This document shows positions 7,278 through 15,700 of a stretch of DNA of 37,796 nucleotides, piece by piece. How positions within the stretch are numbered: the first letter of the stretch is position 1; each line of letters begins with the position of its first letter. This stretch comes from a virus (Duplodnaviria; Caudoviricetes). The DNA is taken from the IMG/VR virus record IMGVR_UViG_3300027038_000043, positions 1-37,796 of that record; one strand, 5' to 3'. The position numbers and the translations under genes were made by a program. The notes beneath the pieces are model-generated. The model was not told the origin of the DNA, did not search any database, and saw only the letters and a list, made by a program, of their open reading frames with translations.

Positions 7278-7518
7278 GAAACGAAATCTAACAGTCGAGC
7301 GAGGTCGTGGTGCTACATACAGAAATGAAAAGTTCGTTGTGTACGAACACTCTGTATATCCGCGACATTCGGTGCTTGCTGGTCAGGACAGGCGAGTCTG
7401 GATCGAGGAATACGAGACTCTTGCCGATGCGCAGCGTGCGTATCCCACTGCTGTGTGGATTCCTGGGACCACTTTCAGGCATCCTGATCTGAGCCACCTG
7501 TCTGACTCTGAAGGATGA
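7267..7518 (+). CDS. hypothetical protein
   Basis: ATG overlapping the upstream gene end; YPRHSVLAGQDRRVW motif. Confidence 0.7.
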   Translation: MATKKRNLTVERGRGATYRNEKFVVYEHSVYPRHSVLAGQDRRVWIEEYETLADAQRAYPTAVWIPGTTFRHPDLSHLSDSEG

Positions 7519-7612
7519 AACCACTCCTATAGTAGTGAGGAGAGATCATATAGGAGACATATAGGAGAGCAGGAGTCCGGATCTAGACTACACCTAAACT
7601 TCAGGAGGATGT

Positions 7613-7792
7613 ATGAGTGCTCGTGTATGCGAGGACTGTGGGCATGAGTCCAAGACCTATTGGGTGCATGATAGTCAGTGGCTGTGTGCTACATGCTGGA
7701 AGCTGTCGAGATGCATCACACAAGGAGTAGAGGAGCAGGAGCAACAAGAGAAGGAGCAAGACATGGGCATAGTGTGTGGTGTGTCATCATGA
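7613..7792 (+). CDS. 59-aa CxxC..CxxC zinc-finger protein
   Basis: AGGAGG SD; hand translation MSARVCEDCGHESKTYWVHDSQWLCATCWKL...; below the ORF-track cutoff. Confidence 0.6.
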   Translation: MSARVCEDCGHESKTYWVHDSQWLCATCWKLSRCITQGVEEQEQQEKEQDMGIVCGVSS

Positions 7793-7986
7793 TGTCTCAC
7801 ATAGAGATGCGCACCATACTCGCGATCCTCGTACTCAACGACACCAGAGTGCATGTATCTGCACATGTATGGTTAATCGCGAATGCGTTCGGAGACTTCT
7901 TCGTGAGACAAGACAAGGACTTCAACAAACAAGAGTTCTTGCTCTACATCTATCACAACAAGATCCCCATCGCTTTCTTCATCTAA
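7789..7986 (+). CDS. hypothetical protein
   Basis: ATGA coupling with the upstream ORF. Confidence 0.55.
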   Translation: MMSHIEMRTILAILVLNDTRVHVSAHVWLIANAFGDFFVRQDKDFNKQEFLLYIYHNKIPIAFFI

Positions 7987-7996
7987 TCAACACGAA

Positions 7997-8310
7997 GACG
8001 ACGAGAATCCCATCGGCCGCCGATCAATAGGTGGTCGGACGACGAGAATCGCCCAAAACTATATTCTGCCCCAAAATCCCGTCTTCTTCCTCCCCACCTC
8101 ACCGTCTACTACGTCCTCTTCCTCCACTCCAACTATATTCTCAACTTTTTCACCGATCTCCTCCTCAATCCCACCCCCAAAATCCCCTTCCACGTCCCTT
8201 CTCCTCCGCCCAAAACTATATTCTCAAAAATTTTCCGGTCGTCGTCCTCCCCCTGCCCAACCTTCAAAACCTCATCCAAAATTTCTCACAAATTCGTGTC
8301 AACATCTCTA
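7997..8310. repeat. pyrimidine-skewed non-coding region with short repeats, possible packaging/terminus region
   Basis: GACGACGAGAATC at 7997 and 8038; AACTATATTCT at 8057, 8131, 8214; very G-poor top strand; upstream of HNH and terminase. Confidence 0.55.
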
Positions 8311-8322
8311 GATAAGTTCTAC

Positions 8323-8351
8323 TTTACATTTAACTCTAAACCCGTTATGAT
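8323..8351 (+). promoter_or_regulatory. sigma70-like promoter
   Basis: TTTACA, 17 bp spacer, TATGAT. Confidence 0.6.
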
Positions 8352-8393
8352 ACTCAAAACTCAGAAACATCAGCGCGAATTCCAGGAGTTACG

Positions 8394-8699
8394 ATGCCAC
8401 TTCACGTGTTCCTTCTAGGACCAGCTCCGGAAGGAATGATATGGGATCACAAGAATCGTGATAAGATGGACAATAGAAAGGAGAATCTTCGTCTTGTCAC
8501 GCCAACAGTGAGCAAACGAAATCAGAACGTCTACTCGAATAACACGTCCGGAGTGAAAGGAGTCTTTTTTGATAATCGTAAACGAATCAAGATTGGTGTT
8601 GGTGGTCGACAAATAGATCTTGGCCATTTTGATACGTTATCTGAAGCAACTACCGCACGACTTGCTGCCGAAAAGAAATATTGGGGCAACGACAGATAA
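8394..8699 (+). CDS. HNH endonuclease with AP2-like DNA-binding domain
   Basis: DHKNRDKMDNRKENLR, NNTSGVKGV, LGHFDTLSEA..AR..AE.KYWG; AGGAG SD. Confidence 0.88.
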   Translation: MPLHVFLLGPAPEGMIWDHKNRDKMDNRKENLRLVTPTVSKRNQNVYSNNTSGVKGVFFDNRKRIKIGVGGRQIDLGHFDTLSEATTARLAAEKKYWGNDR

Positions 8700-8972
8700 C
8701 ACCATACAACAAGCACCATATCAGCAACGATTTACGGGTTGAAGATCCATTATCGGCAAAAGAAGATACAATCACGACCTGCCCTTTAGTATACACTTAG
8801 TACTGCTAGGAGAGAATTCTCCGAACAAGGACTAGAGGGTATCTATATTAGTCTTTTTCCAGATCCTCCTCCGCCCCGCACTCCCTCACAGCCGACGTCT
8901 ACGTCGGATGGTCCCAAGCATATTTCTCTATCTGAAATCCGCAAGAAAGCCAAGAAAGATCTACTCGAACTA

Positions 8973-9278
8973 GTGGGTCCGGCGGTCGAGGCGCTGCGAA
9001 AGGCGATTGTGTATGGGGATCCCGACGACGCTCTATCGGTCAAGGCTGCCTGTGCCGTGCTAGATCGCACCGGCTTCGGGACTCACTCTACGATTGCCAT
9101 TGATGACAATGCAGCAGATCTTAGCAATCTCACACCAGAGCAATTGAAGCGGCGTTTGGCGAAGGTAGCAGCGGCGATCGCGCACCAGTCCCCGTCTACG
9201 GGGGCTGGCTCCGCTAACCCAGATGGGGCGAATGCTGTTCTTTCTTTTCCAACATCGAAGGACTCTAGTGTACATTAA
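8973..9278 (+). CDS. terS: terminase small subunit (true start may be upstream)
   Basis: Immediately upstream of TerL; helical AVEALRK...KAACAVLDRTG and DLSNLTPEQL motifs. Confidence 0.65.
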   Translation: MGPAVEALRKAIVYGDPDDALSVKAACAVLDRTGFGTHSTIAIDDNAADLSNLTPEQLKRRLAKVAAAIAHQSPSTGAGSANPDGANAVLSFPTSKDSSVH

Positions 9279-10874
9279 GTGGCTGAATTAGAGTACTCTA
9301 CTGTAGACTCTGATCAAGACTCTTGGGAGCCAGAAGATCCTATCGCTGCTCTTGCCGCGATTGAGGCCGAACTTACCCGTCGAGAATTTCTCGCAAATCC
9401 TGTCTATTGGAACGAAGAGCGGTTGCACGACTTTCTCTGGAGTGTGCAAAAGCAGATTCTAGAGGCGTTGGCTGTACATCGTCGTGTCGCTGTCAGATCC
9501 TGCCATGAAGTCGGCAAATCCTTTCTTGCTGGTCGCATTGCTGCCTGGTGGATCGACACGTCTCCTGTAGTAGGAGATGCGTTTGTCGTGACGAGTGCCC
9601 CGTCTGGGCATCAGGTGCGGGCTATTCTATGGAAAGAAATCGGTCGCGCCCACACTAGAGGAAATCTTCGTGGTCGGCTCAATCAGACAGAGTGGCTCCA
9701 GGAAACGAATGGAGGCAAAGAAGAGCAAGTCGCATTTGGTCGGAAGCCAGATGACATGAATCCAGACGCATTCCAGGGGATTCACGCTCGACGAGTGCTG
9801 GTGATCTTCGATGAGGCGAATGGGATTCGTGGGCCTCTCTGGGAAGCGGCAGACACGCTGATTGCCAACGATGAATCGAAGATGCTCTGCATAGGAAATC
9901 CTGACGATCCGGTAGGGGAATTCTACGAAGCGTGCCGGCCGGGGTCGGGATGGCACGTGATAGAAATTGGGGCATTTGATTCACCAACCTTTACAGGGGA
10001 ACCGGTCCCAACGAAAATCGCACCACTGCTCATCGGACGTACGTATGTCGACGAAAAACGGCGAAAATGGGCACCCAACTGGTACTGGGTGGACAGGAAC
10101 GGACAGCCAACGGATAATGTTGCTGAAGGAGTTCGTTGTGTCCCGCCCGACGGAGTTAGTCCCACCGATACGAATCCTCTGTGGCAATCCAAGATCCTCG
10201 GCAAATTTCCCGAGAACAGTGAAACGGGTGGGTTGATTCCAATCTCATGGGTATTGGCCGCACAGAACCGCGCACTGCCAGCAGTCGGCCCAAATGAGAT
10301 GGGGCAGGACGTAGGCGGTGGTGGGGACTCTAGTTGTACAGCTCATCGCCGTGGCCCTGTTGTTCGTATCAAACGGGAAGATCATAATCCAGATACAATG
10401 CAAACATGTGGGCATATGTTGGCGGATCTGAAAGAGGTTGGGGCAACTCTCACCAAAGTTGATGTTATCGGCATAGGTCGTGGTATCGTAGATCGTGCTA
10501 AGGAAGTGCACGCAGAGGAAGAAGCACTTTGCAAATCCCTCGATAAGGGGCCACCCAAATGGAAAGTCGTTGGCATAAATGTTTCTGGGGAACCTCAGGA
10601 TAAAACTGCTTTCATAAATCTTCGAGCGGAATTATGGTGGAATATTCGTGGTATGTTTGAAGCGGGCACAATCGATATCGATTCACAAGATGAAGACTTG
10701 GCTGCGGAACTGTGCTCAATTCGGTACAAGAGGACATCTTCTGGCAAGATCCAGATTGAAAGTAAAGACGAAGCCAAGCGTCGTGGGATTCCATCGCCCA
10801 ATCGGGCGGACGCGTTGATGTTGGCATTTGCCCCGGAAATTAAGATTAAAGACAAGACGTGGGTCACATGGTGA
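9279..10874 (+). CDS. terL: terminase large subunit
   Basis: Walker A variant RSCHEVGKS, TSAPS, Walker B VIFDEA, IGNP coupling motif, nuclease GQDVG; C-terminal NLRAELWW...ESKDEAKRRG.PSPNRADALML. Confidence 0.95.
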   Translation: MAELEYSTVDSDQDSWEPEDPIAALAAIEAELTRREFLANPVYWNEERLHDFLWSVQKQILEALAVHRRVAVRSCHEVGKSFLAGRIAAWWIDTSPVVGDAFVVTSAPSGHQVRAILWKEIGRAHTRGNLRGRLNQTEWLQETNGGKEEQVAFGRKPDDMNPDAFQGIHARRVLVIFDEANGIRGPLWEAADTLIANDESKMLCIGNPDDPVGEFYEACRPGSGWHVIEIGAFDSPTFTGEPVPTKIAPLLIGRTYVDEKRRKWAPNWYWVDRNGQPTDNVAEGVRCVPPDGVSPTDTNPLWQSKILGKFPENSETGGLIPISWVLAAQNRALPAVGPNEMGQDVGGGGDSSCTAHRRGPVVRIKREDHNPDTMQTCGHMLADLKEVGATLTKVDVIGIGRGIVDRAKEVHAEEEALCKSLDKGPPKWKVVGINVSGEPQDKTAFINLRAELWWNIRGMFEAGTIDIDSQDEDLAAELCSIRYKRTSSGKIQIESKDEAKRRGIPSPNRADALMLAFAPEIKIKDKTWVTW

Positions 10875-11164
10875 TGGCATCTTATCCTGTTAGGGCCACA
10901 AGAGTAGAAAACTTTGAGGTCTTGAACGGAGATCCTGCTCCTGGTTCCTTCTGTTTTGAAGCGACGGGCAAAGGGTTATTGTACATATGCCCATGTGGCT
11001 GTGGGAAGATGGGATTCGTAGGATTCCGTGGGAAGGTGGATCCACCGCGGCCAGCGTGGGAATGGGATGGAAATGAAGAAAGTCCTACACTTAGTCCAAG
11101 CATACATGATGTAGGTCATTGGCACGGTTGGTTGCGGGAGGGGCAATGGACCATAGCAGCATGA
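10874..11164 (+). CDS. DUF6527-like small Cys/His protein
   Basis: CPCGCG, WEWDGNEESPTLSPSI, HWHGWL motifs; TGATG coupling. Confidence 0.7.
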   Translation: MASYPVRATRVENFEVLNGDPAPGSFCFEATGKGLLYICPCGCGKMGFVGFRGKVDPPRPAWEWDGNEESPTLSPSIHDVGHWHGWLREGQWTIAA

Positions 11165-11475
11165 GTGAAAAAATTTGTGCAACTGATGGTACACCATTAG
11201 CTGATGATCATCGCGAGATTGATCCAGCAACCGGTATGCAGAAACAGTACATGGTGCTCGCACCTGAGGAACGGGCCAAAGGATATGTCCGTCCTCTTCG
11301 CTACAGCTACAAACATTTGTCCTGTAATTCGGAAACACGAATGAATTCTGCTTTGGCGGAGACATACGCACGAAATCCTCAATTTTACAGTGGCACGTTT
11401 TGTGTCCTGTGTAGGAAGCATTTTCCATTAGATCAATTTGTATGGGTTGATGATGGCAAAATGGTGGGATCATGA
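11161..11475 (+). CDS. conserved hypothetical zinc-binding protein
   Basis: ERAKGYVRP...HxxC...AETYARNP.FY.GTFCxxC; ATGA coupling. Confidence 0.75.
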   Translation: MSEKICATDGTPLADDHREIDPATGMQKQYMVLAPEERAKGYVRPLRYSYKHLSCNSETRMNSALAETYARNPQFYSGTFCVLCRKHFPLDQFVWVDDGKMVGS

Positions 11476-11720
11476 AAGCCATAAAGAAGCCTATTCCGAT
11501 AGAAATTGAGGAATTTCAACCACACCGAAGGCCATGGCCTATTTGTGTGGAAGAAGGTGAGACAGGCTCGACCATGAGATATTGTGTGGTGAACAAATTG
11601 CATGGATCACGAATTGGTATCAAGCCTGGAGATTTCATCAACGTATCGGATAAAACGGGGACAGACATCTATCCGATTGATCGGGATACATTCATGAAAA
11701 CCTACGATATCATAGAATGA
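11472..11720 (+). CDS. PGDYG-like small phage protein
   Basis: KKPIPIE...PGDFI...YPIDRDTFMKTYD pattern. Confidence 0.7.
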   Translation: MKAIKKPIPIEIEEFQPHRRPWPICVEEGETGSTMRYCVVNKLHGSRIGIKPGDFINVSDKTGTDIYPIDRDTFMKTYDIIE

Positions 11721-11726
11721 ATTTGC

Positions 11727-11930
11727 ATGAGTGATGAAGATGGGCGACCCAAGGTTTCGATTCATGAAGCAGAAGAAATCTGTGGCGTCAGTCGACGTAC
11801 AATTTACAATTGGTTGCATGCAGACAAAGTAGAGTTTGTTCGTACTCCTAGTGGTAGTGTTCGCATTTATCGAGATTCGTTATTTTGTCCCGGGAATTTT
11901 CCCAAGTTGAAGGAGAGTAATAATGCTTGA
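11727..11930 (+). CDS. excisionase-like (HTH_17) DNA-binding protein
   Basis: SIHEAEEICGVSRRTIYNWL...RTPSGSVRI. Confidence 0.85.
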   Translation: MSDEDGRPKVSIHEAEEICGVSRRTIYNWLHADKVEFVRTPSGSVRIYRDSLFCPGNFPKLKESNNA

Positions 11931-12246
11931 AGTGACCAGTTCCAATGAAGAGCAAGTCCCCATCACCGCGTCGCCAGTTAGCTCGTCTGGCAAACCTGCG
12001 CGCTTTGATGGCGCGCTCCGTATCACGGTGCAGAGCGGCAATTCTACGTTCACACAAGATCCGGCGACACCGAACGCGTTCAACGTAGTGAGTGAAGACG
12101 CTCCTGGTGTGACGGATTATCTGGTTGAAGGGGATGCGGATCTTGGATCCGGCGTCACCCTCATTCAGGAAGTCGTGCGTTACACAGTGACAGGTGCAAA
12201 CGCAGCAGCGTTTGGTCTCGTCGGTGGCACTGCGATTCCGAAGTAA
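11923..12246 (+). CDS. hypothetical beta-rich protein, possibly virion-associated
   Basis: AAGGAG SD; composition rich in V/T/G/A. Confidence 0.7.
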   Translation: MLEVTSSNEEQVPITASPVSSSGKPARFDGALRITVQSGNSTFTQDPATPNAFNVVSEDAPGVTDYLVEGDADLGSGVTLIQEVVRYTVTGANAAAFGLVGGTAIPK

Positions 12247-12342
12247 GTTATGGCTGGGTGGGGCTTCGTGCTGGGGAGCAAAAACATCAAAATCTGATGT
12301 AAAGAAGTGCCCACCCACCATATTTCTAAAGGACGAGACTAA

Positions 12343-12699
12343 ATGACCAAAGTTGAAGAAGCTCTCGATGAAATCAACAATCGTATTGCCGTATTCGCAC
12401 CGCAACACGAGGGACTACGAGACTACTCTCTTCTCAACCTTGCTGCTCCGACACGACAAGAAGTGCAGGCTTTGATTGCGGTCTATGATCGTCGTTTTGG
12501 CCATCTACTCCGGACAAAAGAATCACTCGAACAACTGATGGCCGACGGGCATCCTGATCTTGCTGTTCGCGAAGTGGAATTTCCAATATTGACCGAACTC
12601 AAGGAAAATGCTGCGACGATTGAGGCAGCTCTCAAAATGTTTGTGAGTGGAGCAGCAACTGGTATGAACTTGAGTAGTGGCGAAGCAAATCAGAAGTAA
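12343..12699 (+). CDS. hypothetical protein
   Basis: AAGGA SD; 118-aa helical ORF. Confidence 0.7.
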   Translation: MTKVEEALDEINNRIAVFAPQHEGLRDYSLLNLAAPTRQEVQALIAVYDRRFGHLLRTKESLEQLMADGHPDLAVREVEFPILTELKENAATIEAALKMFVSGAATGMNLSSGEANQK

Positions 12700-12705
12700 A
12701 TAGCC

Positions 12706-15700
12706 ATGGAAGAAGCTACTGGTCTTGCGGTCCAATCTACTTCACAAATTGCTGAAATCCGTGCAGCTGCAAGTGTGCTGATAGAAAGAATGCAATTCTT
12801 GCGGCAAGCAGGAATCTCATTCAAAGGAGAACGAGATCTCTACGAAATTCTTGGATATGAACGACTTCTTACCAATAGAGACTTTCGTGATCGTTATGCT
12901 CGTGGTGGTATCGCTGGACGAATCGTCGACGCGTTTCCTAAAGCCACATGGCGCGGTGGTTGGGAACTGATAGAAGATGAAGATCCACAGACGGATACCA
13001 AATTTGAAAAAACGTGGCGAGAATTAGCAAATCGATTAAAGATTGGTGCGGTTTTACAACGTGCGGATATTCTTGCTGGGCTCAGTACATATGCGGTTGT
13101 ATTGATTGGAGCGAAAGGTTCAGCAAATTTGGACGAAGAACTACCAAGGGGTAATCCTGATGATCTTTTATATCTAACACCATTCTCAGGTGGTGGTGGT
13201 CCTGGTGCTTCGCAACGTCGCTCAATGACAATTGATGCAGATGCAACCATACAAACGTATGTGACGGATACGTCTGATGAACGATTTGGTCTTCCTCTTA
13301 CTTACTCTCTTAAGCGCACTGATTTTTCTGTTCCTACCTTTGTGAAAACTGTACACTGGACACGAGTAATCCACATAGCTGAAGGAATACTTGATGATGA
13401 AGTATTTGGTCAGCCAGCGTTAGAGCGTGTCTGGAATTTGCTCGATGATCTTGATAAAGTGACTGGTGGTGGTGCGGAAGCATTTTGGCTGCGTGCGAAT
13501 CAAGGACTGCAACTTGATATTGATAAAGAGATGGACATGACGCCTGAGGAAAAAGAGGCGTTGAAGACGCAGGCAGATGAGTACCAGCATCAAATACGTC
13601 GTATGCTTCGCACTCGGGGTGTTTCTGTTAACACTCTGGGCAGCGATGTGGCAAATTTTAGCAATCCTGCTGACGCCGTCCTTACTCAAATCGCTGGTTC
13701 TAAAGGTATTCCAAAGCGGATTCTAACAGGATCTGAAATGGGAGAACTCGCTTCCTCCCAAGATCGTGATAACTGGAAAGACCAAGTGAACGGGCGTCAG
13801 ACCGAATACGCCGGTCCCTATATAGTACGGCCGTTAGTGGATCGGCTCATCAAGTTTGGATATCTCCCGACACCGAAAAAGGGTCCAACAGCATACGAAG
13901 TGCGATGGCCTCACATTCAGGTTCTAACAGAGCAGGAGAAATATCAAGGAGCACAAGCGTGGGCTTCTGCTAATCAAACGGCAGGAAAGCCTGTTTTTAC
14001 AGTAGATGAAATCCGAGATAGATGGTACGGTTTTGAACCATTAACAGAAGAACAAATTGCGAAAGAACTCCCACCTGCTCCACCAGAAGTACCTGGAGGA
14101 GAACTTCCACCAACAGAAGAAGAGATTGATCCAGAAACAGGTTTACCATTAGCGAGTTTGGATCCAGACATCGCTTCGTTTGTGGCTCCAAAAGATGCTC
14201 CAAAATCACTTCCTCGCGCCGCGGCAGCACTTCCTGAAGGATCCGAAAAGATTGATTCCGTAGTTGTGCCATTATCCAAGGATGAAATCTTCTCTCTCGC
14301 TGAAACAATAGATGCTGATTGGAAAGTTGGAGAGAAAGGACTTACTCGTGTTTTCAACTTTGCTGATCGTCGCATGTGTGCGTCTTTTATACAACAAATT
14401 GCGAAGGATGCGAACTCAGCGAATCATCACCCCGACATTGTAATGGATGGTGATTCAGTTGAAATCTCTTATACAACCCATTCGGTTGGTGATAAACTCA
14501 CCAAGCTAGATTTTGAAGCTGCGGCACGAGCCGATGCTCTTGCGCTGCCACTTCGAGCTGCCGGTGGTCCTGGCTCTGGTCCACAAAAAGGTCAAGGTTC
14601 GGGTCGTGTTCCTTACTCCCCATTTCCATCCGATTATGGCTTCACTGATCCTGCCGTACGAGCCAAGCTTGCTGACCATTTTGTAGAACTGCATAATTCT
14701 GCATCTAAGGAGTATAAGGAAGCATTCGCGAAGGTTGGCGCCAAGATGTGGCGGGATGATTATGCTCACCCACTGACTGGCGAAAATGCAGATTTCATAA
14801 AAGATCATGTTGCTAAGAGTACTCCTAATGCTATCAAGTCTATCTACACCATAACACGTCCTCTTACAATGCTCGACAGCTATCCAAATGTGCCAGCAAG
14901 TAAACGAGAGATACTTGACAAGGACGTCGACCGAATCTTCAACAAATATCAGCATCAGTGGACACGAACAATTAAGACTCTTGGTGGTCCTGGCTCTGGC
15001 CCAAATCCTGGCGGTGGATCTCGTGATAACGGGGGTGATGACGATGACTCGGTGAAATTTGATAACAGAGAACTTCGTCATAATTGGACAGAAGGATCTC
15101 GTGCTACTCAATCCAAGATGAGTGATCCTACAACACCAGAGGGTGAGGAATTTTCAAAATATCTAGACACACTGCCGAAAGTTGATGGCACTTTTTATCG
15201 GGGGATGGTTGTAACATCAGAAAACTTTGAGAAAATGAAATCTGATACGAGCTATAACCTGACCAAACACTCATCTTCATCTGATAACAAGGATATAGCT
15301 GAGGGATTTCTTGGAGAACAATCTGGTTCTGAAGATGGTGTTCTAGTTCTCTTAAAAATAGAAGGATCTGGACGAAAACTAACTTCAGCTGAAGACGATC
15401 TTGAAGATGAGGGTGAAGTTGTTCTTCTCGCTGGAACACAGTATGAACGTGTTTCTTTTGAGAAGATGAAATCTGTAGAAGATAGTTGGCAGATTACATA
15501 TCGCGAGAAGAAAATACCAAAAACTCTTGGTGGTCCTGGCTCTGGTCCTCACCCGGGACCAGCTCGAACCACATCAGATGTACGCAAAGCAAACAATTTA
15601 TCAGCAACTGCAAATGCTCTTTCACAGAAAGCTGTGAAATCTGGTAATAAAGAAGACCATATCGCTGCTGCAAATGCTCATCAGATAGCAGCACGTTCAC

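Noticed and set aside
8031-8315. 94-aa Pro/Ser-rich ORF
   Set aside because: It is a by-product of the C/T-skewed repeat region and has no SD.
13186-13209. SGGGGPGA in the portal core as another tag
   Set aside because: It lacks GSG and the preceding cleavage-like tetrapeptide, and lies inside the portal fold.
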